Shown here in pieces: positions 26,304 through 38,865 of a stretch of 64,000 nt of DNA. A program made the translations under genes and the position numbers. Under the pieces are notes generated by a model that had not been told where the DNA came from, did no database searches, and saw only the letters and a list, made by a program, of their open reading frames with translations. Each line of letters opens with the position of its first letter. The stretch's first letter is position 1. Source of the DNA: Zygnema circumcarinatum SAG 698-1b (Eukaryota; Plantae; Zygnematophyceae); the NCBI GenBank assembly GCA_037447605.1, contig CM074811.1:1984001-2048000 (forward strand). The letters run 5' to 3'.

Positions 26304-27783
26304 GCCTTCGAGTGGCGAGAGAGAGAGGGAGAGAGAGAGAGACAGAGAGACAGAGAGAGAAAGCGCGAGAGAGAGAAGGGAGAAGGGCAGGCGTAGCAGG
26401 GAGGGAGAACCCGTTCTTTCCGAGCACGAGCTGCGCCTTCTTAAGCGGCGTGGCCCGGAGCATGGGGCGTGCCGGCCGCCCGGCGGTCCGCCCTCGGCGA
26501 CGCTGCGACCCGCGCGGCGGCGCCTCCTTCTTCGCGCTTCTCGCCGGAGCCGTCACGCAGGCGGCAGGGTCAGTTTCGGAGCGATTTGTCACGTCACGCG
26601 GTAGCCGGTAACGCCGGAAACTGACCGGCGGCCATGCAAATGGTTGTGACCGCTCGTCGAACCTGCTGAAGATCCGCGGGGAATAAGGGGTTACGGTAAT
26701 GGAGACCTTGAGAAAGTATGCAACCATGTGAGCATCTGTCCCATTCACACAATACACTAACGGAGGGTCCGTCCTCTCGCGCCTCACCTCCATTCGTTCC
26801 GTTCGTTTCATTCCTCCAATCTTCGTTGTAACCTCGACGAAGCGATACGTGGTCTGAGTATCAAAACGAAACCCTTCAGCGGCGCTGGCGGGCTGTGCTC
26901 AATCACACGAGATCGATGAAAAGTCCTCGCTCTGCAAGACGGCAAATGAAAATGTTTGTCCGCCATCTCAGTATTTCAACCAACTGAACGTTGAGGAATT
27001 TGATACTTGGGTCCAATCTGCCATGTAATAAGGAATGCAGGATTTAGATACACCAAAAGTAGAGACGTGCATAGCGCGACCTAATCCAACTACGAACCAG
27101 AACTGACCTCAAAATTGTGCTACCAAGTGGGTCAGATTGGTCTACGCGCCATAGAGTTTGATCGTCACGAATCCGCACGATTTCCGCTATCTTGTACGCC
27201 TAGAAAACTAGACATTTGTCGTGCCTTCAGTGTGACACACATTTTCAGAAATCACTTTGCAGAAGTGGACAGGAGCGACTCATGAGGCCATTGCTGGTCA
27301 CTATGCATTGGAGCGGATGAAGAAATCATTGCATTGCATTTTTTTTTGCGCTAAAATGCGTATGCTGAACGAAAAGAAGTGCAAAGCTGAAGCTGAAATT
27401 TCATCAGCAAAATTTTGAGGGTTTTAGGGTTGTAAGCTTCCACTCACCTCCCTCCTTCACTCCCTCCACACCTTCCAATGAGAATCCGCCACGTATGCTA
27501 AGTCAACATTGAACCGAGACGGCGACCGTGACGCGACATGAGAACCGCGCGTCGCGCAGTTTGCAGAGCACGCATGGACTAAACCGCGCGGCGCCCCTCG
27601 CTCCCGACCGCGCCGCTGCGGGTACAGTACGGACAACGTACGAACATACGGATTCGTACACTTCCCTGAAGCTTGCACTCCTGACTCGTCTAGCCTCTGT
27701 AGCGGACTGGGAGGAAGGGACGCTTTGGAGGGAGCGCTAGGCCAGTTGGTGGAGGGCCATGGCCATGGCCATGGCGACATCAT

Positions 27784-30700
27784 ATGGCTGCAGGTTGCCG
27801 CGCGCTGGCTCGGGGAGAGAGTGAAGGAATTCTGTGGGAGGGCGTCTGTGCGGGAGAATCAGCATGCTGCGGGGGGATCGCCTTGTATGCTGCTGTTCCC
27901 TCCTCCTGCTGTTCTTGCCTCTGTTTTTGCTTGTCCTTGCAAACTGCGCGATTTATGTTTTGCGATGCGTAATTTATTATGGTTCCGGTTCTAACGAAAG
28001 AATTTAGAACAGCGGAGCTGTGGAAATCACGGTTTGCACCGTGTGAGGCTGTCAAGGTTATTTCTTGTTTAGGCAGCGCAGTGTGTAGGATATTGGAGGC
28101 ATGTCCTGCAGCTGCAAAAGGTATCATGCGCTCTTACATGCCTGAAATAGGTGATTAATGCTTGCAATTTCTGACGCTGATTACAGGATTATCTGAAGAG
28201 CAGTCGCAGCTACTCCGACCTCCGGGATGACGACGAGGGGTTGGAAGACGAGCAGGAACGGCACTTCTCTCAGGAAGCTCTTGATACCATCCAACAGAGA
28301 AAAGACCAGAAAAACAAGTTGCAGGAGTTGGTCAGGCAAAAGAACAAGAGCAAGAACACCTACAGAGAGATAGAGGAAAATGAGTACGAGGAGTACGAGG
28401 AGGAATATGAGGAGACGAGACCTGCAAAAGAGAAAATTCATTCAAAACCTCCAATGCCGAAGGCAGACGTTAATGGTGGTCGCGCGGGGCAGCATTCGAC
28501 TGGAGGCACGAAGCTGTTCGACAGGTAAGTTCACGAGCTCATCATTTCTGTCATTGGCAAGTGAACGGTTACACGGGGTCGACTTAGAATAGAGTGTAAT
28601 TGGACACGCATACACGAACGAAGAGAGCTATAAGATAGTACTCACATACTGGCTTACCTCAGGTGTCCTCCCTGAAGCTTACCTAAGCATTCCAGAAGGT
28701 GCTTTGCATTTATTATTTCTTCTCAAAAAGCAACGGCTTTTGAACTGTTATTGTAACATGTATGTACAGCAGTTTGCGAAGTTGCCAGCTGGAGATGAAG
28801 GAGATCTTGCCGGATGTCATTTTTTTCCAGCTATTGAAGTTAGTAAAGCAATGGGTCTATGGATTGAGCTAATATCATGCAAAAAATATCAATGGGAAGT
28901 TACAAGTGGAAGAGAAGTCTCGTATTAAGTACTCGCTCGCTTCATCTACAGAAATGACTATAGGTACATCAATGTTTTTTCTTAACGAAGAAAGAAAGAA
29001 AGGAAAGAGTGCCTGAAAGTTGAGCTTAGACAAGGACAAGATACTTAAGAATTCTTTCAAAGCTCATCTAGTTGCGAGGGAGTAAAAGCATCCTTTTTGT
29101 GTATTGTTTAATACGAGCCTATTGCACACCACGGATGTTTTATCGTAGGGTTGCCATGAGTTCAAGTGCTTGACATCGATCCACATTGAGCTGATTTTCA
29201 CTAGAAAACTGTGATAGCATCCAGCAACGAACGTTATCCGCCTGTAGCCTTAATTCTTTGTAGGGCTCATAGTTGCTTCAGACCCTTCAACCACTGAGTA
29301 GTCAACCACTGAATAAGTGAAGGTTTTGTGCGTGCCATTTTTTTGTAAGCGCTTAGACGGTACATTGTCACCGTACGAGTCCTGCTTTCGCGGTTTTGCA
29401 GTTGTGTTTCGTCTCGAAGAGATAGGTGAAGCGACTAACGAGGCAGGCAGATTGCATACGTCTGAAATGAAGAATCCCAACATGTTATTGAGTCTAAGGT
29501 ATAGAGGCGTGGGTTGGCCAGCTTCGGTCAGTTTTTTGGACCTTCACAGCGAGTGTTGGCACCGCGCATTTTGGAGGAAGCGAAAGCAAGAGCGAATGCA
29601 GAGCGCATCGCTGCCAGGGAGGGGGTGGAACAAAAGGAGGTGTGTATCTTACTCCTGTTCGAGTCTGCAGTCAGATTGGACAGCAATTGTGAATGCTGAA
29701 GTAGTCGATTAGTGTACTTTTATCGACAGTCACGTTGAGAAGGTTGAGGATTTTTTTAAATTCATGGGCATGTAGAAAAGTTTTCATCTTGATAACAGAT
29801 CGACTGTCCGAATCTTGTTGACCTGTTGTAGCATGGGAAATTAATCGAGGAACTTTTGGAACGAGCACTTGTGAGACGCTACTAGGCCTCAACTTTTTAG
29901 GCAGTACTCCGGAGTGTCTGCGAAGTCTTATGGAGCTCAATTGCTTGTTCGCAAAGGAGACTGACTTGTTTTTGTGCTTGTGTATGCAGAGGCTGAAAGA
30001 ACAAAAGGCGCGTGCTGTACAGAGCTCTAGTGACAGAAGGAGACCTGCATCAGGCGGACAAGAAGCCGCTCCTTCATCACAGCGAGTGCCAGAGGTAAGT
30101 ACTTGCATGAATAAGCGAGCAGATGGCATCTGACTTCGTCCAAGTCATGGATTATGCAGGTACAGGAGAGTGAGTGTCGTTTATCAGGTTTGATTTCATG
30201 TATCTCACTATGAACCATCTTCTGTGTAGTTTTTTGGCACCTGTTGTCTCTGCAGGGTACGAGCATCTCAACAGTGATTCTTTTTGCTTAAAATTTCCCT
30301 AAGCTGGTTTCTGAAGACCGTGGTAGTTTTGCTAGCTGCTTTAATTGAATGGTGTATACCTCTCGTCTTTTTTTCAGAAAGTTATCAAGGCCCGCCAGTT
30401 AAAGGCTGCTCGAGACTACTCGTTTCTATTCAACGATGATGACGGCGCTGCCCCGCAACCTTCTGAAGCGCATGAAAAAAGAAAGGCGGCAGCAGCCCAA
30501 GAACAACAGGCAATCAGGCAACCGTCAGGTCAGCCTTCAGCATATCATAGTCTGCTAGCCACTAACTCACTGACTGATCCAAGACTCATTCAGTCGTTTC
30601 TCTCTATTTTTCCTTCCTCTGTCTATTTCCTCCTTCTTGATGCTTTTTGTCGGTCATGGCGGTGGAAGTGCTAGAGATGGTGAGAGCGTGCACTACTGGA

Positions 30701-32782
30701 GATTTCATGAGAAGTCTATGAGAAGTCTATGCATGACCAAAAGTTGGGAAGCACCCGAGTGAGGCCATTTTCTTCAGAGAAAGATGCTAAGGCACAACTC
30801 TCGACTACCGTAGGCTATGTAGTACCTTCATTTGAGGTCTCTGCAACCCCTACTTTTTGTTCTATTTAGTGGCTCAAGACTTCAAATACTGTCAGGAGTT
30901 TTTGAAAGTGCTCAAAGCATGACCAATTGAACCGTCTGGCAACCAATCAGGTGACAAGCCAAGGAGCCATGCATCTCCTTCCTCAACCCGTCCTCGTCCT
31001 TTAGTTCCAAAGTCTTCGGAAGTAAGAAGGGATCGGCCTCCAGCACAGGCTTCAGACAGGCCCAAGCCATCACTTCATCGTGAAAAAGAAGGGCATTCAT
31101 CTGCCGGCCTCAGAAATGGTTCTGCTGTTTCTGGGCGGTCAGCTGAGGCTAAGTCTTCTGAGCATGTTCGAGGCAGACCATTGCAGAAGTCAGGTGCACC
31201 CAAGCAAAGCTCCGGCTTATTGAGACCTGTAACATATGAGAAAGTGCAAGCAAGGCAAGGTGGTCCAAGAGTAGCAGAGAGTGGAGGAGCACCTGTGGGT
31301 AGGGGAAGCACAGAAGCTTTGAGGGATTTAGTGTCAGAGAGAACCGTTGTGAGGGAGAAGCCGACTGCACGACCAGGAGACGCACGTCCGGCAAGTCAAG
31401 GGATGCTCAACGGAAAGCCGAAAGCTGCAGAATCTGCTCAGGTGTCTGCTCTCACTTTGTTGAAATTTCTTGAAGAAACAGATTGTTGAATTTGTTGAAG
31501 GGCCAATCTGAGGAAAATTGTCGTACAGTATTGCAGCGTACTGGCGGATTGAGGTGCGTTAGCAGATGTTTATGTTTTTTGTTTCACCACGCTGAAGGTA
31601 AAGGAGCTTCAAGCTTCTTGCACTTTGCCATGAGGCGAGTGCCTTAATGCCGAAGTCTTGCCTTCTAGTTTTGCTGGGAAATGTTCATGGGCCTGTGTTT
31701 TAATGCGTTTTTACTGCCGTGGTGCGGTTGACTATTGAGCAGCGGAATAGAATCGAAGGTAATCGGGTCCCCATTTCCCAGAGCAGGCCCATGCCGCCCC
31801 CGAAGCAGCCGGCCCCCTTGCGGCCTGCACTGAAGGGGCCGCCGCGGCAGCAGCAGAAGGCTGGAGGGCTCCAAAGACCAGCAGAGACGCCTTTGCGACG
31901 GAGTGGAGAGAGGCAGATGGAAGTATCGAGAAGGCCGGAGTCGACCGAAAGTCGGCCTCCTCCACTCAAGAAGGCTGCAGTTTCAAGAAGGCGAGAGGAA
32001 GAGGACGACGACGACGATTCAGCGGACTCGTTTTTGGAGGAAGATGATTTTGACATGAGAAAGGGGGGAAGATCGGCATTAAGCTCAGTTCTAGGAATGT
32101 TCAGGTAAGGCTTTTTCTGTGTCGAGGAATCATTGCACCTAAGTTTTGTGGAGATAACAGGACTCGTTAACTGCATTACAAGAGGTACGCGAGCTGTGTC
32201 TGTTTCGTGCCTTACTGAGTGGATGTCTCGTCAACTATCTCCAAGGTAAGCTTGAGGATCAGGAATGGCGCGAAGGAGCGGGGTAAATACTGAATAGTCA
32301 CAGTAGGTTTTACTGAAATGAGTTGGTTTTGGAAACCACTTGAGCTAATCATCTACTGAAGTTTTTGGAGGGAGCAGGCGGAATTATAGAGAGAACCACA
32401 CACGTGATTATGATGAGGACAGTGACGATGGGGCTATGGAGGTTGGCTGGGATCAAGTAAGGCGAGAGGAGTCGAGGAGGTGAGACTTCTGGCTGATCTT
32501 TGAATTCTTGCTTGAGTGGCTCCTCTGAATCTCTCACGTCATTAGTCTGTATAAGCTATTCCGAGTAGCTTTCTTATCCTGCCACCATGGAAAGTGCTAT
32601 TGCATGATGGCCTTTGCGAGGGACTGAAGTCGCTTCAGAACAGGTTGGACCGAGGTCTGTTGGTGACGTAGTGCTGTTTCTCATGCAGTGCGAGGGTTGC
32701 AAAGGAGGAGGATGAACGCGAAGCCGCGTTGGAGGAGGAGAGGGAGAGGCGGAGACTGGAGAAGAAAAAGCGGAAACTTTGA
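27784..32782 (+). CDS. SPT2: SPT2 chromatin protein, multi-exon
   Basis: SFGQFFGPSQRVLAPRILEE and KAARDYSFLFNDD resemble plant SPT2 motifs. C-terminal SPT2 domain: SSVLGMFR...DEDSDDGAMEVGWDQVRREESRSARVAKEEDERE...KKRKL*. The 5' exons (ATG 27784) are tentative. Confidence 0.85.
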
Positions 32783-33740
32783 GCACACTAAGTTTGTAGC
32801 AAAAAACTAATTCTTTGCCTGAGGTGTGTCCACCTGTGGATATGCTTCAACCTCATTTTTTTAACCTCGTTTTTTTTAGTGCCAGACGGCGTAAAAAAAA
32901 ACCATCCTCAGGCAGGCTGTGAATGCCCGGATACAGTTCCTACTTTTTGCACTGACAGGCGTAGAAACGGCTTCATGTCAGGAAATCCTGCAGTTGCACT
33001 CTCCTCAAGTTTGAAGTGTTCCTGCTCTTGGAACATGTGACACACTCAGACCTGCTCTACGTCAAAGTTCCAACATGTCAGGGCTTCTCTTGAGCCTGTA
33101 AGCCGCGTGAGAAGAGCCCTGTCAAAAGCAATTTCAAGCATGTTTCCTTTCTTTATTTTTTCCTTAATTCAGACAAAGGTAGAATCTGCCTCTTGCCAGG
33201 CAGCCCATATGTGGCCTTTCTGCAGTTCATCAAGAGGTGCAAAGCAGCGCTGTGGACTGGACTCCTAGTCTCATTTCATTTCCTAGTCTCGCCTCATTTC
33301 TTCCTTCAAATTTTGTACGGGCTGCCTTTTCCTAAATTTCCCTACAGTTTACCATCCTTGGCTCCCGGATATTGCTCATCTCTGCATTCCAGGGTGCACC
33401 TCCCTGCCAAGACTATGCAACGTCCCGCCACACCGTTTGAAAGCTGTCAGCAAGCAAAGACTAGGAAAGGGAATAAGGGCTGGAAGTGACGGGATCGGGA
33501 GTTCTAAATTGAGAAAATAAAATGAACTTCTCTTGCCCAAGATCGAAGTAAGCACAACTGAATTTCTTGGAGAGTGTGAAATGTCTCCCCTGAACCAATT
33601 GTACTGTATCAAAGGCTTCTGACTGAGGAGCTTGTGGACCTATCTCAGCCTTTGCTGGTCCGAATGCTGCAAAGGAATCATTCACTTTTCCGTGAATGAA
33701 AATTCCGTCCTTTTGAAGGTATGTCTGCCGTGTGCTGAAT

Positions 33741-34198
33741 CTCAGCAACTGAACCAGGCGGCGATAATCGGAGCACCTGGCGCCGCGCTTGACTCATCGC
33801 CCATCCCCACCACTAAACCTAACCTCAAAAATTAATCTGCCCTTCAAATATTGCCAAGCAAAAATTCTTCTGAACAAAGCAATTTGAGTGCCAAAAGCCA
33901 ATATAAAACTACTTTATACTCGCCAAAGAATGACCTCTCTCTATGAATGCAACTTCTTCATCCGACCCTCCGAATCCCCACCCCCACCCCCACCCCCTCC
34001 CTCTCCCTCTCCCTCTCCCTCTCCCTCACTCCCACCCTCCCTCTCCGAACGCAGCGTCTCCTCATCCTGCGCCGAGTACCGTCCGAAGGGGTCCGTGCGG
34101 TCGCTTCCCGCCAGGCGCAGCGAGAAGGCGACGAGCGGCGTCGCCAGGCACAGCCACACCACGCGCCGCGCGTTCTGCGCCGATATGCGCACCGCCAT
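33741..34198 (-). CDS. Possible small uncharacterised protein with an N-terminal hydrophobic segment
   Basis: GC-rich ATG-led MAVRISAQNARRVVWLCLATPLVAFSLRLAGSDRTDPFGRYSAQDEETL followed by an intron-like (GGAGAG)n tract. Downstream exon structure is not resolved and no family was recognised. Confidence 0.25.
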
Positions 34199-35337
34199 GG
34201 CTGCCGCCGAGGGGAGGGAGGACGAAAGAAGTTGCGGCGAGGGAGGGCAGGAAAATGAAGCAGGTTCAACCTTTGGCCGATTCCTGGGTCAACAGTGGAA
34301 CCGCCACATAACTGCGAATAGTTCATTTGTTGATCTGAATCGTGCCGGTGCGTTTCCATGACAGTCGTTCCGCGACTAGTTGTGCTTCCCGTTCGTCCAT
34401 GTGTCCGCAGCGGCAGACAGTTTTCTACCAGTTTTCTTGTTCCAGTTTCCACGTGCACCCGTGTATACATTTCAAGACTGCCACGTGAACCATTCACAGC
34501 CCGCCACGTGCCAGATTGCTGGCCATATTTGCCACAGAGGCATAATAGTCACCCTCTGAACAGAACGACCTCGTGCTGACGTGGCACACGCTCTGTCTCT
34601 GGTGTTTCCAACAATGGGCCGATCTGACGACGACCAGTGCTGTTCTTGGCTCGCCACGTGTCAGAAGTCAGCCGTATCCAAAACAAATTTGTAGAAAGCG
34701 AAACTTGATCGCATCGCATGGCAGCGACGCCATTGGCACGAGGGGCGCCCGGACGACCCTGCAGGTATGGATGAAGGGAGAAAGGGAGGAAGGCGGACCG
34801 GGAGACAGAGGCACCGTCTGCCCTAATCCCGCCCGTCCCATTCTCCTTCGAGCAGATCGACCCGCAGTGCCAGACACAAAAATTAACATGAAAATGTTCC
34901 GACTTCTCACCAAAGGCAGCTCATAACATTCCATAGCACAATTTTCAACTTATCACAAATCTCGACATTTGAATCGCGATCATAGTCTGCTGCCCAACCA
35001 AAGGCCGCGATCGACTGTCTGCATGACGCCGCAATGCCAACGAGACACGAACGCAGACGACAAACCATCCATCCCCCAAGCGTGTCTTTATGCATCCCCT
35101 GTGCATGCCTGCCATGGTGCGTCCACTCCCTCATCATGCCATGCATGTGCAGGTACGTAGAGCCATAATAAGTTTGACCGCCGCCGCCTCAAGGTGCCGA
35201 GGAGGGAGGAGGGGCGTCACGCGCCCCATGGGGCGCTCTCGCATGCGACAAAAGTCGCATGCCTACGTGCACGTGCTGCTCGTCGGGACGCAGACTTTGG
35301 CCGCGGTCGTGTACTGCGCCCTGAGGGGTGTCAAGAG

Positions 35338-35450
35338 NNNNNNNNNNNNNNNNNNNNNNNNNNNNNNNNNNNNNNNNNNNNNNNNNNNNNNNNNNNNNNN
35401 NNNNNNNNNNNNNNNNNNNNNNNNNNNNNNNNNNNNNGGGNNNNNNNNNN
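35338..35450. other. Assembly gap (100 N + ggg + 10 N)
   Basis: Runs of n. Confidence 1.
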
Positions 35451-35544
35451 TAGGCAGTCTACGGATCCTGCTCGTCGTTTTTAATAGTCTGCGTGTTGCT
35501 GACTATTTCCGTCATGATTAGCATTCGAAATAGCACTGACCTCC

Positions 35545-36689
35545 TCCAGTGCATACGTGACGGAGCAGTTGCTCGCACTCGTCACATTCACCACAGTGCC
35601 TCCCGGAAGGGGCCTGCTGCAGTTCAGACCCTGAAATGGAGGGAGAGGGAGAGGGGTGCAGACAGTTGGTCTGATGTCACGCAAGGCATCACACGACGCT
35701 TCGTGGTAAGAGATTTCCAACAAGACAACAAGATTTTGCACACAAAATTTGCTCGAAAGAGAACGTGCTTTCCTTTCCATAACTTCTCAGCACGATGCGT
35801 TAGCACCAAGTCCTTGAACTGACCTGGTTTTGTGCTGTGAAAGCCGCCTTGGGGATGCCATATGTTCCGTACAGACTTGTGCAGGGTAAACTGGTATTCA
35901 CTGGGACAGTATAGCTCAGCAGGCGTCCACCTAGAAGTACAGCTGCAACGAAGAACCAAGACGATGAAGTCAGCCAATTTTTAAACAGATTCAATAAACA
36001 AGAGTTACAAAATTGTATCGGTAAAACTTCGATAAAACAATCAGCTAACGTTTGAAGATATATGCACAGAATGCCTTGACGTTTGCCCCGGGCTTGCGAG
36101 TCTGTCGGGTGCGGACCGGGGAGGCAGGTGAGGGCCTCTTCGGACGCGTCCGGCGAATAGCCGAGAGGGCAAATGCACATGTACGTTCCGTTGAGCGCTG
36201 CGTTGTCCACGCATGTGCCCACGCCGCACGGATTCCGTGATGTGAACGTGCATGGAGACGCTGCCACGTGGCAAACAGGCGTAAGGCATTAGGGCGTGCA
36301 GCGGAATCACAAGAGGAGAAGGGTAATAATAAAAGTAAGCTATCGTGAAGCAAAAAAAGAAAGGAATGCTGTGGTCTGTGGCCCTTGATTTGGAGATTCA
36401 GCTGCACGAGGACAAATGCAGTGTAAAGTTGCAGCAGAGTCGATACGTGCATAGTCTTCATGCAGCATCTTGAATAAAAGCATAAGCGTAGGCATTTTTC
36501 TTACCGGGTGCACATGTCTGCGTTCCGTCTGAGTTCGTAACGTTCACAAAGTTGTCAGCACATTCGCACACGTTTGTGGTGCCGGAAGGAAAGCAGACGC
36601 CGTTGCCGCAGGGGTTCATCTGCCCCGGGCCGTACGACAGCCGCAAGACGCGGCGGGTGAAGCTGAAGGAGTTGCAAGGGTCGCTTGCT
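35545..36689 (-). CDS. Two EGF-like exons and Cys-type LysM exons of the modular gene
   Basis: NPCGNGVCFPSGTTNVCECADNF...TCAP; SPCTFTSRNPCGVGTCVDN...YMCICPLGY...TCLP; YTVPVNTSLPCTSLYGTYGIPKAAFTAQNQ/GLNCSRPLPGGTVVNV; then CSVTYALEE, the start of a probable second LysM. Confidence 0.75.
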
Positions 36690-37227
36690 GCACCGCTCGG
36701 GAAGAAGGGAAACAAAGGAGAACAGATAAACTGCTTGCTCTGGTGATCAAGTGGTACTACTTTCTTCCGAGTGTGGTTAGGCCAAAGAAAGTCGATTCTG
36801 AAACGTTCAAAACCTTTTCTGCCAGGACGCTAGTTTTCCATGGACGGAGCACTTTGACAACAAAGCATTTGGATTTGGAACTCCAGTGCATCGGCATGTT
36901 TGTATAATGTTTACGACATGGAAGACTACGTCGAGCATTACCGGACCACCATGCAAAACCAGGCAGTGAAAGAAAGCGTTTGTCAGGTCGCAACCATCGG
37001 GACTTGCTACAGTTAGTTTTTCATGTGACGTCAAGTCAATATAAAGGGTGAAGGTCTTCCACAGCAATCCCACAATGCATGCACTGCATCCAACTGCACA
37101 AAGATTCTCAGCAGCAACTAGTTTCCGTAATCTGGTATGTCATAAAGGCATCGGCTTCAGTCACCAAGGAAACGACAAAAGCCAGCAGTGCCTGTTCAAA
37201 GAACAAGCAGACACGTGGCGTTCCCAC

Positions 37228-38605
37228 CTGGAAGTTGAACGATTGGGATGAGTGGCGGTCTGACATTGATGCCGCAAATTCCGTAGCCGCCGGTCACCTT
37301 CATGTACATGTAGCCTTTGTCGCCCCAGTTGGGTCCCCAGGAATTGCGGATGATCCAATATGGCGGCGCAGCCGTCAAGTCGTAGCCCACAACGACCACG
37401 GCGTGGTCCACACCGTCGGAGAAGCACTCCTCGTCATCGAACACGCCCTGCAACAGGAAGAACATACAGCCTTGCTGAGAAAAAAACAAATGCAGTTGTA
37501 CATCAAAATACCAACTAAACCGTAAGAGGTCAGAATCAGTGACTAAGGACGCTCACCATTGCCGGGTTGTAGTTCAAAAAGCTGTCAGAACTTGCTTCGA
37601 CAGCAACCACTGCTGGCTGTTGCTGGAGAGCCAGCAAAAGGCCAAGCCAGCCGTTCACCTGGACACTCTCGTATGACAAAATGCGTACCCTGACTTCCTG
37701 CATTTTGGCGGCACAAGTCGGGTGCACTATTCAATCAAAGGCCTTGACCATTCCAGAATACTATTTCAGATATCAAGGTATGTACGTATCAATCACGAAC
37801 GGGGCATCGCAACTGAGGAAGGTGCGACTGCAAAGACGAATAAAAAAGAAGCAAACGAAGTTGACGAGCCTTGAAACTCAGAATCGGTTGCAATTCAAGG
37901 GTACATACTTGGCCCACGTTGCAGCTCGATGGACCACTATAGTTAGCGGAGGGGATGAGGCCAGCGGTAGCCGCGTAGTTGAGTGCGTCAGCTGGCTGGC
38001 CGCTGCTGCTGCAGTTAAGACTTGGTGCTGGACAGCTAAGGAGCTGGTCTTCAGCAAATCCAAGCACGGGCTGCCTCAGTGGTTGCCTTCCCGCGTTGGC
38101 AATATACCAGGCGCTTTCGACCGCTGAAATGGCTGCAAATATCCAGCATGTACCTGAAAAGGGAAGAAAAACTCATCTCCTCTCAGGAACAAGTCCTTGT
38201 AGACTCAAAAAAGTGCTATGCAATTGCTCCTCTCGCACGAACAGAGTAGTGGATGGCCTTAAATTCCTATCTAGTTTGCGGAATCTAGAAGGGTCAGCCT
38301 GTGAAACATAAAGACCTGGTCGCATGGCCAGCAGGCTCAAAACTTGGATACTCTGACAGAAGACCACATGGGTCTGGAGAATTCTAAATCTGAGTGAGAG
38401 GTGAGCGAGCACGCACTGCAGCCCCGCTGGTCCTTGGCGGGCGGCACGGCGCGCTGCCGGGCCCAGTTCCAGTTGGTGGCGACGAGCCACGACGGCGCGT
38501 CGTCCTCCGACGCGATGTACCCCGCGCTCGCATATCTAAATTACGCGTTCAACTTCGAGGACGCGTTGGCGGCGACAGGACTCGTCAGGCCGAAACCGCG
38601 CCCCT
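37228..38605 (-). CDS. Papain-family (C1A) cysteine protease domain, 4 exons, part of the modular gene
   Basis: WNWARQRAVPPAKDQRGC/STCWIFAAISAVES (oxyanion Q, catalytic C), QQPAVVAVEAS, DHAVVVVGYD (catalytic H), YWIIRNSWGPNWGDKGY (catalytic N), GICGI. Confidence 0.93.
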
Positions 38606-38865
38606 CTGTGCAGGTTTAAAGGGACACAGATAAACGCCAATTAAAAACAAAGGCCTCTTCCTACTCCCTCGCAATAACACGTTCTGCAACATCTACGCTG
38701 CAGTGTTCAACCACTCATGGCAAGATCCTTGTGTTTATTTGGACTGCTTCGTGCATTTGAGCCGCTTCTGTGACTGTGATCAACTCTAGACTTCGTTCAA
38801 CTCGGAGACTACAAGAGGAATAAAACGTCACTCCATAGAAGACCGCCTCTGTATAAAAACATACC

